Positions 22,661 to 35,782 of a stretch of 64,000 bases of DNA are shown one piece after another (position 1 is the first letter of the stretch; every line of letters begins with the position of its first letter). Both the position numbers and the translations under genes were made by a program. The notes beneath the pieces were generated by a model, which ran no database searches, was not told the origin of the DNA, and saw nothing but the letters and a program-made list of their open reading frames with translations. Source of the DNA: Setoptus koraiensis (Eukaryota > Animalia > Arthropoda); assembly GCA_048013815.1 (NCBI GenBank), contig CM106586.1, positions 6,944,001 through 7,008,000 of the forward strand. Direction: 5' to 3'.

Positions 22661-25600
22661 ACATACAAGCCACTGCCAAACCAAACAGCGGCCAAACCAA
22701 TGAAGCTAGCAGCAAAATTAGAAAAATGCTCGCCATCAGATATTTTTCAGTTCGGTAGCGGCCAAATTGTAGTGCTTGCAAACAACAACAACGACATGGG
22801 GCGCCCATGATGGCGAGCCCGAGCCGGTGCCGTGCGCACGGGCCAAAGCGAACGGCTGGGCCGGGCTCGACACGCACGCCCCGGCGCGGGCCCGGCCGGC
22901 CGGCTAGCCGGCTGGCAAGCCTTTGCGACAGGTGACATCTAGCGTCATTTAAAAGTAGCGCTAGCAATTTGAAAATAGAAGCCTGTCACACTTGACATGA
23001 CAACTTTTTGTTTTTTGTTCTTGTCGCCAGTCGTCGGCAGTGGGCGCCGGCAAGCGGCGCTGCGAATTAGGAGGATTGGCGCCCGCGACAACAACAAACA
23101 ACGAAACAACGCTAATATCTCTTTGTTTGTCGCTGCCCCTACTGTCAATGTCAACAAGCGAGTGATTAGAGGGGCTCTAAATTAGTGGCCGCAAATTGAC
23201 GACAGGCCCACTGATTGGGGCCAGGCACTCGAGGCGAGCTTGTTCAGCGGTGCGTTCGGCGGGCCGCGCAACTGTCAGTGGGCCCACTGTGCGCGTTGCC
23301 TAACAGGTAACAACGGATGCCACTTGCACCAGATTACCAGTTAATTGCTTCCTGTAATCGCTTAACTGTGCCCTGTGCGGCGCGGCGCGGCCCGGCATGG
23401 CTTGTGCAAAAAGCGCGCGGCCCGATGCGCAGAGCGTGCGCGCTCTTTTTGCACGAACGCCCCTCGGCTCGGCGCCCGACCGAGCCGACGGGCGCCGAGC
23501 CGGCCCGACCCCCGCGACCCCTGCGACCCCACCGACTTGGCAAACTCGTCCGAGCAAACACTGGCCCCCTCGCGGAGCGCCCCGCCAACAACTTGGCCAG
23601 CGCTTGGCGAGCCGGCCGACGCGGCGCGCCAGGTGACAGGCCGGGCGAGGCGGAAGTGTTTGCCTTGGAGAAAAATATCCAACTTGAACAATAATTATTG
23701 CGCAATCACACAGTTTGCTACGGTCGCACCTACGGCGATCATTTTGAAATTGCTGTCGTGTGTGTGTGTGTGTGTCTGGAATTGCGATTGTGTCACCATT
23801 TGCACAAGTCAGTGAATTTTATTAAGTGCGGCCCATTAACAAAGCTCGTTCGATTATTATTCATTCTGTCTGTGCCCCGCGCCCCGCGTTGGCCGGCGGT
23901 ATTAATAGTGCAATAATAACAATTTCCCTGGCGACCAAAATGTAGCTTGCGTGGCTCTTTAGCAGGCAAACACACACACACACACACACACACGCCAACA
24001 GTGAGCAAATATATATAAATATACGGCCCAAACATACATTCGAGCTTTGCTGGGGGCGCCATTAGATGGCGCTCGAATTACTTTTCTTCCGAGCCAATGC
24101 ACAGAGGGGCCCCGACGGCCGGCACACACACACACACACGCACACATTATGTCACACATTCCTCAGTTGTGTGTGTGTGCGCCGATTTGTTGAACCAGAA
24201 GAGAGCGAGCTCTAAATGATAGTTAGATGGTGTGGCAGCGAGACAGTGCTGGCGCAGTTGCACGAGCGAGCGGTGCACGAGCGAGCGCTAGGCGGCGCGA
24301 GTTGGGGCCCGCGCGCGCGTCGCCCGCCAGCCCGGCGCGTCTGGCAAGCCAGCTCGGCGCGTCTGGCAAGCCAGCAGCCGGGCAGAATGAGAATTAATAT
24401 TGGGCCCACACACACACACACACGCACACACACACACACACGCACACGCACACGCACACGCACACGCACACGCACACGCACACATACACACACACACGCA
24501 CACACACACGAGCAGCAAGAGGCCACAAGGAAAAGGAGATTGCGGGAGGGGGAGGGGGTGGAGGTGAAATCTAGTTCAGCCGCCTTGGCGGAGCCTCATC
24601 ATTTGTTCTTGGGGGGAGACGGGCGAGCGCCAACAAAGGGGCCACGAGCGACGCGGCGGCGCCCCCGTCCGACGACGGCCCACTTTGGGTCGCGGCTCGG
24701 GCGCGCGTGCCAGCGAGCGTGGGCGTGCGGGCGCGCCACCAACAACCAGCCAGCCAGCCAGCCAGCACGCTAACAGCAGACAGCAGCGCGCGCGGCCAGC
24801 AATTTACTGAGAACTCGATTCGAGCGCCGAGCCCGCCAATGTGCCAATTCGCCAAGCCAGCTAGCTTGCCAAGGAACGGCGGCTCGTGCCGCACAGTGTG
24901 TATGTGCGCGCGTTGAGCGTGCAGTTGTGACGCAACCAGAGCGATCGCTGATCGCAACTGCAACTCGCCCGAGCGCAACTGCGGGGCCCGAGCGCAACTG
25001 CGGGGCCCGAGCACAACAGCGACAACAGCAACAACACGACAACCAGCCGCCGACGGCAAACGGCAACGGCCGCAAAGGTGTGCGTGTCGGGCCGCGGGAC
25101 GTTCAACCGCGCCAAACAGCTCTGATTATCGGAGCGAATGATACGCTGCGAATGCTGTTTTGACGGGCGCCAAAAATGCGAGCGCCCGCTCAAATGGCCG
25201 CGCCAACCTCAGCCTGGCCACGGACGGCGGCCGGGCGCTGACCGCAACCGGCGCGCCGCCCGAGTGACGCGCCCGCAGACGCAAGCGGGACGTTTGGTGC
25301 GCAATCCGGTCGGCCGGACGGCGGCCAGATTGCGGCTGCGGAACGACCGAAGCGCCGCAACGCCGAAACGCCAAAATAACTAAAATGCCAGAGTGGCCGC
25401 AATACCAAAATAACCGAAATACCAGCGCCGGCCGAAATAGTGAGAGCGGCGGCCAATTGGTTGCGAGCGCCGTTTCGGCCGGCGCGGACGGCAACGCGAA
25501 GCCACCAACGAGCGCCGGTGAAGTGGCGCCTCAATAGTTTATTAGGTAATAAGAGCGCCTTGCGCGAATCAGAGGGCGCCAACGCAACCAGCCTACGTAA

Positions 25601-26163
25601 CCAGCCAACGCAACCAGCGGCGCCCGGCCAGCGACACATGGCGCAACGGATACGGCGCTGGCACTGTACCATTGGCACTGGCTCGGGTGGCGCGCGGCTC
25701 GTGGCAGTTGCTCGTGCAAGTGGCGACGCGATAATGCCTCGACATCTCTCAACGTCTCGGGCCCGTTTGACACACGACAACGCGCACACCGCGATATAGC
25801 GCCGCAGCGACGTAGCGGGCCGAAACAATATAGCCGCACGATATGTTGTGCGGCGTGCCCATTTGCCCCAGTTGCCCATTTGCCACCGGCTGGCCGCCGT
25901 CGAACGCGCCCAGCGCCCGGCCAAACAGCGGGCTCCGTTGGGGCCGCTCGACGATGATCGGGCCGCGCCAAGCGGTGCCAGCGGGCAAGCTCGGCTCGGG
26001 CCGCCCTGCACGACACACTCTTGGAAACACACACACACACCCAGACAAACACGCGCTCGTGCGAGCTCCCGGGCAGCGACGAGGGGCGCCGCGCACGTCA
26101 TGTCGCCGCTATGTGACTCTATCAGCGCCCCAAGACGCCAGCCACTGCAATAGCGAACGGGCC

Positions 26164-26328
26164 GCCAGTTGCGTAAGCGAGCAGCCAGTTGCGTAAGCGA
26201 GCAGCCAGTTGCGTAAGCGAGCAGCCAGTTACGTGAGCGAGCAGCCAGTTGCGTGAGCGAGCAGCCAGTTACGTAAGCGAGCAGCCAGTTGCGTAAGCGA
26301 GCAGCCAGTTACGTAAGCGAGCAGCCAG
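26164..26328. repeat. 20-bp minisatellite (RcgtRagcgagcagccagtt) x8
   Basis: Eight units from 26171 to 26330, varying at only two positions apart from a degenerate end on the last unit. Confidence 0.95.
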
Positions 26329-29300
26329 CCGAGCGAGCAAGCCAAGAAGTGAGCAGGCAACAACAAAGCCAGAGAGAGAGAGAGAGCGAGGGGGCCCGAA
26401 CAGAGGGCGCAACCGACGCCACCAACCGAAGCGTAATGGGCAGCGCTCGGGCCCGCGCCACGGGGCTCAAGAGGCGCAAGAGGCGCAATAGGCGCAAGAG
26501 GGCGCATATTTGGCAAAACCACAATGCAACATCAGTGTGGGTTTTCGCGAGGTACAACGACCTTGGAATGGATCGTACGATCGTATGTCAGTCGGTGTTT
26601 TGTTCTTGGCGCTAAGCGCTCGCTCGCGGTCCGATCGTCCGTTGGCTCGGATTCTCGCTTATTTTGTCTTGCCATTCTCTTGTTCGCTCGCTGGTGGCCC
26701 GATTCGGACGCCCCCATCGGCGCAATTGTTCCGCCTTGTCAGCTTGCGCCAGTGCGGACATTATCGAGCCGCTGCTGTGGGGCCCAGTGGCCCAGTTGCC
26801 ACGTAGTGCCACGTAGTGCGATCTGGTGCCATGTAGCGGGCCCCGCACACATTACGTCATATCGTGGGCGCACTGGCCTGGCTCACCTTTGGTATAAGTA
26901 ACCACTGTCGCTCGCTTGTTCCGCCGTCGTCAGTGCGCGCCACCTACAGCACAAAACAGCATAAAACAGCACAAAATAGCACAAAACAGCCAAAAAGCAA
27001 CTCGCCAGCTCGCCATATCTTGCCATATCGCGCCCCCCATCTCAGCTTGCCACAGCGATCGCGCCGCCAGTCAGCGGATTAGCGGCCAATGGCGGGCCGC
27101 GAAATTGGGTCGCTGCCCGCCACTGGCCAAAGGCTCGGTGTATTTGCATAAACTGGTGCCTTATGCCACAAACGACAGCGCATAGGTGAGATCAAATTAT
27201 TGGCCAGGATTCGTGCTCGCGCCAGCCCGTTGACAAACAGCGACGCATGGGCGCCACCTCATCGGACTGCCATCATCACACTCTGCTGATCTCGGGGCCG
27301 GCCGAAAAGCCAGCCCCGAAAATACCCGGTTAGCAGTCCAGCCAGCCGACCGAAATACCCGGTTAGCAGCCCGCCAATTGCTTCAGATTTCAGTTGTGCT
27401 CTCTCAGTTAATTTATTGTGCGGGATATTCGGGGCTGATACGCGGCAGCGGTGAACAGCCGCAAATCCCGACTGCGGTGAGACAGTGATACAGTGCGGAT
27501 ACGATTACGCTAGTTATTTAGCCGAATGGGCAAATGGCGCTAAATGATGATGGCCCACACTAACAGTCGCCCCCGCATATCGTCGTCACATATAACTCGT
27601 TATAGCCAGATATGTGTAGCGAAAATTAGAGAAAAAATTATTTGACGGCCGTTTGCTAATCATTTTGGCTGGCGCTATTTCTGCGCGGGCCCCATTCAGT
27701 CTGCTGGCTGAATGCTTAAATACTCATACGGAAAGAGTTGCCAGATTTACACCACTGTATTGCATAATAGTAGCAGTAGTAGTAGTACTATGTAATAACG
27801 CAATGACGCAATAAGTGGCCTGACACAACCACCAACAAAGAGCAGTAAAATAGAGTTATCTGCCAGCGGTGTAGCTACCAGCACAAACCAAAAGGGGGCG
27901 CCCACACAAAAGGCGCCCCCGTCGGCTGTGGCTCGGCTGATGTGCTGATTCTGACAATTGTCTGGCGGCAAGGGGCCCACACACACATGACCCCAATACA
28001 TAAGTGGGCCCACTAAAGAACGGGGCGCAACATTGTGGGGCCGCCAAGCGGGTTTGTTGCCCGTTTGTCACGCCTACTTTCGTCGGCCCGCCAACTGGCG
28101 CTGTAGGCGCCACTGCGGGCCACTTGCCCGCTTGCCCGTCTGCCCGCTTGCCGGTTGTGCGGCGGGCCGACGGACAAAACGACCGACCCAACAGAATAGT
28201 GCCCCCTCTTTGTCTCTGGAGCGTCGCCCCTGTGAGACGACAACGACGACGACGCGCCTGCGAATCTCAGGCTCACAAAATCATTTTCGCAAACAATTCG
28301 CGTTTGTTTGTTCTTTAATTTGGATTTTCGCCCTTTTCGGCCCGTTTGGTGGCGCCGTTGCCCGGTGGCCGCACCAACTGGCAGTTGATTATTTGTGGCG
28401 GGCAACATTTATCTGGTTCGGCTGGCCGCTGGACACATTGCCGCCGACACGACGGCGGATAAGCGATCAGCTCGAGCCCGCCGTGCAGATAAACAGCGCA
28501 TAATAACTTGTCATAATAATAATAACTCACAAGTGCACCTTTGGCCAGCCGGCCGGCCGGCCGGAGTGGCCGCTGGCGAGCACTGATAACAATATATAGA
28601 TATATAATATTTATAAATATATATAGTTGCGCAACACTGTCATATTTATATTTGTATTTATTTTCGAGTTTACCTGTCTGTTTATCTGTCGCAATGTGTG
28701 TTGCAATGTGGGGCCGCGTGGGCGCGCGTGTCGCCACAATCGCCAGTGTCATTGTGTGTGTGACGCAATCAATAACGAAGCTCGATAGACGGCGCCAGCG
28801 ACCACGATAATATTGGCGCGCGGCGACAGCGACCAAAGTTGGTGCCGTCACACTTTATAACGGATAGTCGGTGCCGCTAAGACAGCGTCTAGACACTAAC
28901 GGGGGTCGCTTGCACGGGCCGCTCGCGCCTCAATTGTGCGCGGCCTCAACTCGCGGCGCTGTCAAGTCGCGAACGCAGCTAGGCGCCTCCGGTCGCCATC
29001 ACCTGGCAGCCGGTCGGCGTCGATGCTAGCGCCGCTGTCAGTGGTTGTGTGACAATCGTCGATGACACACGATCAATCGCGACTCGCGACACCGCGCGAC
29101 AACGTGCGCGCCCGACGGCGATTGCGGGCCGGTGAGCGCACAACGTTGCGCTCGTTTGGCGCAGTACCCGCGACGCCACTCGAGCTCAGCCAGCGCCGAG
29201 CCCAGCCAGCGCCGAGCCCGGCCAGCGCCCTGGGCACCGGGGCATTGTCGGGCGGGCACATGGGCCGGCAATGCTCAAAATTGTTCAACATTCGGTTCAA

Positions 29301-31311
29301 CATTTGACAAAACCGGGCGCCACACAATGCGCGCGCCACCGCCCGCCGACCAAAGCCAAACAAGCGCATTAAGCCACGAAAGATAATGCCCCCGTTGCCA
29401 AGACGGCCCCAATGTGTGTGTGCGGCGGAAACGAACATGGAACAACGGAAATGGGCGCTAATATATATATATATATATATTTCTCGGTGCGCGGGTATGA
29501 ATATATTGTCATTGAGGTTGTGTCATGTTGGAATGAGAATGTCGCCCGATGTTATATCGTATTTATTTTGTTACTTTGCTGCTGCATGCTGTGCAGGGCG
29601 CCCTCTATCTGTCGAGCGGTTACGTAGTGGCGTGGCGCGCATTCGTGGCGCAGTGTGTGCGCCGCTGAACGGTGTTGGCAGCGATAACGTTTCACTTGTG
29701 ATAGTGACAATCATGCGTCGCCAGGTGGCTTTTGACAGCTTTTAGACAATAGGGGTCGCGCACAGTGGGCAATTTGCATGATCGATGGCGAGTCACTGTC
29801 AGGCCAAATTTTGGTGGACACAGGTTGATTATATGCACACGTAATGCCGCCATTAGCAAGCCCAAATGAGCAAACAGCAGAAACGATGATTGATTTGCCA
29901 GATTTGATTGAGAGAGATCGCGAGATTGAATTGCGGCCGCATAGGCACCGTGTGCCACTGACAGTCGCCGTGACAATCGTGACGCAATCGACTTGACACA
30001 ATTATCAACTGTCATCAGCTGTCCGGTGCTTATTTATTTATCATTGGTCATCTGTTTGTGTGTAGACAACCAACTGACAACACATTCACAGCTAATTATT
30101 TATCTTGCGCGATTGGCACCGGCCGGCCGGCCGATGTCAATTGTCAACTGTCAACTGTCAACCGCTCGCCCACTAGGCGCTCTTCCGGTCACCTGTTCCG
30201 GCCGCTCGATTGCCGGTTGCAGGCCAGTGGCCGAGGGCCAGTCGCCAATGCAGAGACCGAGGGTCAGTCGGCGATTCAGTGGCCGAGGGTGTTAGTTTGA
30301 ACGAAAATGCATGTTTCAGCCACATGACTCATGTCGATGTGGGCACTTTTGTGACACAAAACACTTGTCACCGACTGTCACCGATTGCACATAACTGGCC
30401 CGCGCTGATGCCCACAGGGGCCCAAACGGCGCCATTTCGGCCAGCAGGCGACACGACTGTTTGTGTGCCACTTTTCACAAAATTAGACACCCGTCAACGC
30501 TGACAAAGTTTATTTCAAGTTGTCCCGGTAAGTCTCACAATGTCGGCAACGGCCGCACTGGCACAGATTGGCACAGATCGGCTCAGATGGCTCAAAATGG
30601 GGCCATTGTGTCACAATGGTTGTGAGCCGATCTTGTCGACATTTGCGATCATCGCTCGTGTTGCCGCTTGCCGTGTAGCCGTCAAACTGTTGGGCCGTCG
30701 CCGGTGCCAAACCGTTAAACTGTTGAACTGTCGGGCTGCCAGTTTGGCCGCCCAACAGGCCGCTAAACGGCGGTTATTACGACCGTTATTAGAACCGGTA
30801 TTGGGCGCCCGGCCTTTTCAAAGGGCTGCCAGTGTTGCGCCGGCGAGCGACTTATGGACTCCGTAATATGGACGACTGCACAGATGACTGCGCAGAGCGT
30901 CGCCCGCACAGACAGTGGGCACAGACAGTGGGCACTGGCAATCACAATTGGCCACCGCAACCGGTTGGCACACACATAAAAACAAAATCGGCGCACCGTA
31001 AAGGAATGAAGGGCACACACGCTCGCATGAGCCAGTGGCAAGCTCGCGAGCAGCATGACGCAATCATGTTTGTGTGCGCCATCGACTAATCATGGCGCAC
31101 AGTCGCTATGTCCCGGTCGCCATGTCCCGCCATGTGCCGCTATGTCGCGCTAGGCAAGCTGTGTGAGCTGTGTGACAGTGGGCGAGTTTGACGCGAGCAG
31201 TCTGGTGACATTGTGTTGTTGATATTGTCATTGGCGCTAGTTGGCCATTCTTTTACACACACATATTGACGGCTTGCACAAGCGGCAACTGTAATTCTGT
31301 TTTCCTGTCAC

Positions 31312-31359
31312 ACAACAACAACAGCAACAACGACAACAACAACAACAACAGCAACAACG

Positions 31360-31441
<82 letters not shown>

Positions 31442-31442
31442 C
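31312..31442. repeat. (CAA)n microsatellite
   Basis: Near-perfect CAA run with a few CAG/CGA interruptions. Confidence 0.95.
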
Positions 31443-31904
31443 GGCAACGGCGACCACCGCAAGCATCAACGAGCAGCGTTTTGCAATTGTGTGCAGCTAG
31501 CCATTGTTGTTGTCGTCACACAAATATAATGTAATATTATATATTGCAGTCCGCCCGTGTCATGTAATGTTATGTAATGTGCTCGCTGAGCGCTTGCAGC
31601 GCCACCCGTTTCTGTATCAATGACTGACTTGCATGTGTGCGTGTGCCTCTGTCAGATTTGCTTGTCGCCTCTTTATGGCTCCTAACAAGCCCGGCTAGAC
31701 GGATAAAGCGCACTCTAGATTCGCATAACAGCTTGTTGTAATCGCGTTGCGTTTGGCTGGCCAGCGCGCCCACAACGCGCTGCCAGCATTTGCTTGACAG
31801 GGCGCCCCCTGTTTAGCGGCTCTCCCGCGCGCCACTTGACCAGCAGCGTCGCTCTGGCCGGCCCGGCCCGGCGCTCTTGTCCGGTGGCGCGCCATCAGTG
31901 CGCC

Positions 31905-32010
31905 TCTGTCGGGCTTTGTCGGGCTCTGTCGGGCTCTGTCGGGCTCTGTCGGGCTCTGTCGGGCTTTGCCGGGCTTTGTCGAGCTTTGTCGAACACTGTC
32001 GGGCTCTGTC
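31905..32010. repeat. 10-bp minisatellite (cgggctctgt) x about 10, degenerate
   Basis: Direct inspection. Confidence 0.85.
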
Positions 32011-32184
32011 AGCGTAGCTGTGCCAGTCGGACGGCGCCGGGGTCACATTAACGGACAGTTCACTAGAGAGCGCCACCAGACGAGCTTGACCACAACTAGG
32101 CCGGCACAGTGCGCCAACCGTCTGTCCGTGTCGCTCGGTGTGCCTAACCAGCCGTTCACTTTCAACGGTGTCGCCGTAATGCTC

Positions 32185-32305
32185 GCTGTGCTATATCCGT
32201 GCTGTATCTGTGCTGTATCTGTGCTGCGTCTTTGCGATATTTGTGCTTTATTTGTGCAGTGTTTGTGCTGTGTTTGTGCTGTGTTTGTGCCGTATTTGTG
32301 CTGCA
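32185..32305. repeat. Degenerate 11-bp repeat (tgtgctgtrty)
   Basis: gtgctgtatct / gtgctgtgttt units. Confidence 0.75.
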
Positions 32306-32905
32306 TGGCCCATACCGCACACCGCACAGCTCCATACGGCACAGCTGCAGACGGGGCGCTCTATATAGCTGTATAGAGCCCTGTATAGAGCTGGCCGTGG
32401 CGTGGCGAGACCGCTGAGAGTTGCGCAAGTGCGAAAGGGGCCCCAGTTGCGAGACTGGCACACAATCGAATCATATTGGTGTGATATACTGAGATATTGT
32501 CATGAAATGAGCGTGCCCTGATACCGCCGCCACACATTGTTAATATTGTTGCGCGGCACAGAAACAACTGGCCCACTCACTATTGTTAGCTTGGCAGCGC
32601 GGCCAATGGGGCCGACGGGCCGAGCTGGCCCGTGTCCACGCAAGAATGAATTTTAATGCGGCCGCTGCCTGTCCGTGCATTTGTTGTGTGTGTGTTTGCA
32701 CAGTTTGGTCGTCGGCTGGCCAACGCGCTGGCCACAAACAACAAACTGCTGGCCACTGGCCAAAACGATCCAAACCAAAAATAGCCTAACCGCCATCCCG
32801 TCGCACGCCAGGCGCCCCCACAGCCGAGCCTGGGCCATCTAGACGCCGCGCCGGCCAGCGGGCCCCTCAGCAGCGCCTCTCGTTTTGGCGAGCTCCGCCG
32901 GGCCG

Positions 32906-32960
32906 GCGCTGTCTGGCCAGCGCTGTCTGGCCAGCGCTGTCTGGCCAGCTCTGTCTGGCC
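32906..32960. repeat. 14-bp repeat (gcgctgtctggcca) x4
   Basis: Direct inspection. Confidence 0.9.
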
Positions 32961-33621
32961 GGCTAGCCGAGTCGAGCCGAGCTGGCGATGCCGCGTGCAA
33001 AAAAGGGGCCCGGCCGCGCGAGCGGCGCCCGAAGCCCGACGGAGAGTCGGCGAGTGGGAGAGCCCGAGAGCGTGCTAAACGTTTTCGATGGGCGCGTAGC
33101 TTCGAAAGCGCAGGTTCGAGGGCACGGCTTCGGGGGCCCGCGTTCGACGGCTCGCGCTCGAAGGCTCGCGCTCGAGTTTGAAAGCGCCCGCTCAAGTTGG
33201 GCGCGATATGATAGTTTGAAGAGCACGCGCCGGGACCCATTGTTCAAATACAAACACACACACACACTGCGCTAAAAAGGCAGAGGTGGGGCCCGCGCGA
33301 GACGCAACAACAAACTTAATGACACCGCACACACACACTGTAACCCCGGCCAAGCGAGCGCGCGGGGCCCGGTGGGGCCCGCGCGCTTTATAGCTGTTGG
33401 CGGGCGCCCATGTTGTTGGCGGGCGCCCATGTTGTTGGCGGGCGCCGATGTTGTTGCCGAGTCGGCGGCGGGCCAAGTGTGTGTGCCGATAGGCGCTTTT
33501 TTACCTGATCAGCTATTCAATTACGCTGACTCGTCGCTGGTCGCGCCGCTAGCTGCCTAGCGCCTGCCGAGCTGGGGGCCGGGGCCGGCCCGATGCTCGC
33601 TCGCTCGCTGGCGCAAGTATC

Positions 33622-33750
33622 CTTATTACTATTATTACTATTACAACTATTACTATTATTATTACCACTATTATTACTATCACTATCGCTATTATTATTA
33701 CTATTATTATTACGGCGGCTATCACTATTATTATTGCAACTATCGCTATT
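33622..33750. repeat. (TAT/TAC)n trinucleotide repeat
   Basis: Direct inspection. Confidence 0.85.
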
Positions 33751-34811
33751 GCCATCTGGCCGGCGGGCCGGCAGTTAACGGGACAATGAGATCGATGGAG
33801 GCAGCACATAAATTGTATATTATTTGGTGTTGGCAAGGCGCCGCCGCGCTGTTGTTGCGGTCACTAACTATGTGCGATATAACTAGCACTTGTTTGTCGC
33901 CGGCCCGGCGCTGCTGTTGTTGCGCAACCGGCCCACCGCTGCAAACTGTCCCTGGGAACTGTGCACAGTTCGCGCTTGTTGGGCCAGCCGGCGCGGCCCC
34001 ACTGGCCCCAGTTCGCAGTTGCGTGGGGCCAACAATCACTGGCGCGCTTATATCGCTCGGCTCGGCTCACATATAAACATAAAAACACAACACACCAGCC
34101 AGACAGGCCAACAGGCAAACAACGGCAATATTAGCTTTTGGGGTTCCGCTAATACCGCTGGCCGCCAGCCGCGACAGTTATGTCCAATATGTTGCTGTTG
34201 TGTCATGGTGTTTGCCTTGTGTTGTGCTTGTCGTGGGCCCGCACCCACGCAACGGCGCACCGCTCACAATTGGCTCGCGTCGGGCCCCAGTGGCAAGCGC
34301 TCGCTGGCAGCTACTTGAGCCCGAAATGTTGTTGCAAAATGCCCCAACTTGACTGGCCAGCTCGCACGCCAGCAGCGTCGAGTGTGCTCGTGCCAATCGC
34401 TAATTGTGTGCCAATGTCTCTCGCCGGCGCAATCACTCGCTGGCGCCCCACAATCGCTGGCCACTCGTATACTATACGACGGCGTCTAGTATACGCCGTA
34501 TACAATCACTTTTATACGCCGTATACAATGGCCGAACGCGACGCCAGGCTCGCGCTTTTAGCTAGCTCGCCAAGCCCAAGCTTGCCAATGTTAGCTCGCC
34601 AGCGCTAGCTTGCCAGCAAAGCCGACACATAATCACATAAAGTGTGACTAGGGGCGCACCGTGGCCAATATCCACTCTTGCGGCTTGAGCCGTGCGTCTA
34701 TCCGTTGTCGGCTGTCCCGGGGCCAGTGCTCAGTGCTGTGATATCCATGTATATCGGACATGCGCCCCTCGTTCGTGCATACCCACGGCCAGTCTCGATA
34801 GGCATGGATAC

Positions 34812-35043
34812 GTGGATATGTGGATATGTGGATATGTGGATATGTGGATATGTGGATATGTGGATATGTGGATATGTGGATATGTGGATATGTGGATATG
34901 TGGATATGTGGATATGTGGATATGTGGATATGTGGATATGTGGATATGTGGATATGTGGATATGTGGATATGTGGATATGTGGATATGTGGATATGTGGA
35001 TATGTGGATATGTGGATATGTGGATATGTGGATATGTGGATAT
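34812..35043. repeat. Perfect 8-bp array (GTGGATAT) x29
   Basis: 232 bp with no interruptions that I could see; generates the spurious CGYVDMWI/HIHISTYP ORFs. Confidence 0.95.
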
Positions 35044-35594
35044 AATAATAGTAATATCCGATATATATGCCCGTATACGGATGTGTGAGCATATGCAAGG
35101 GTGCATGTGGATATGAGCAAATGTGGACATGAACAAATGTGGATATAAGCGAGTGTGGATGGCGTTGCGAAGAGGCGTTTGCATGCCATCTCCATATCCA
35201 TTCGTTGCCACTTGATGTGGGGCCTGCTCATTGCACTGGGCCCATATCGGCGCTGTATTGGAGGCACTGTGTCACTGGATATCCACAATTGTCGATATCC
35301 ATGAGAGTGCAGTGCCACGTTATAAATGGATATAAATGCTTCGACGACAGTTGTGCTGTGCGGATATAAAAATAAATCCTGGGTGCAGTTCGATATCGAG
35401 TAGCTTGCCACAGAGAACAGTGCATGCCAAGATAACTGTGGCCAAGTTTAAGTGGCCAATGTAATGCCAGCCGTGGTGACAGTGGCACAACAAGAGATAT
35501 CACGACAAATATCGCGAGTCGCGACAAACATCACGACAAGCGTGCAGTATTTGTGACAATTTTTCGATGGCAAGCCAATCGTGTCGCTTGTTAG

Positions 35595-35624
35595 AACAAC
35601 AACAGCAGCAGCAGCAGCAGCAGC

Positions 35625-35697
<73 letters not shown>

Positions 35698-35698
35698 G
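35595..35698. repeat. (CAG)n(CAA)n microsatellite
   Basis: Direct inspection. Confidence 0.95.
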
Positions 35699-35724
35699 TG
35701 TTCGGTGCGTATACGTGGCACACA

Positions 35725-35782
35725 CCAATGGGCGCCAATGGACGCCAATGGACGCCAATGGAGGCCAATGGAGGCCAATGGA
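35725..35782. repeat. 10-bp repeat with six CCAATG cores
   Basis: CCAATG at 35725, 35735, 35745, 35755, 35765 and 35775. Confidence 0.9.

Noticed and set aside
26164-26328. CRISPR-like array
   Set aside because: Head-to-tail repeats without unique spacers, in eukaryotic context, with no cas genes.
33108-33130. GGTTCGA T-loop-like motifs (also near 53485 and 58482)
   Set aside because: No T-stem or cloverleaf pairing; not tRNAs.
34648-35411. Cys/His-rich repeat proteins (CGYVDMWI / HIHISTYP)
   Set aside because: Translation artefacts of the 8-bp array, open in all frames.
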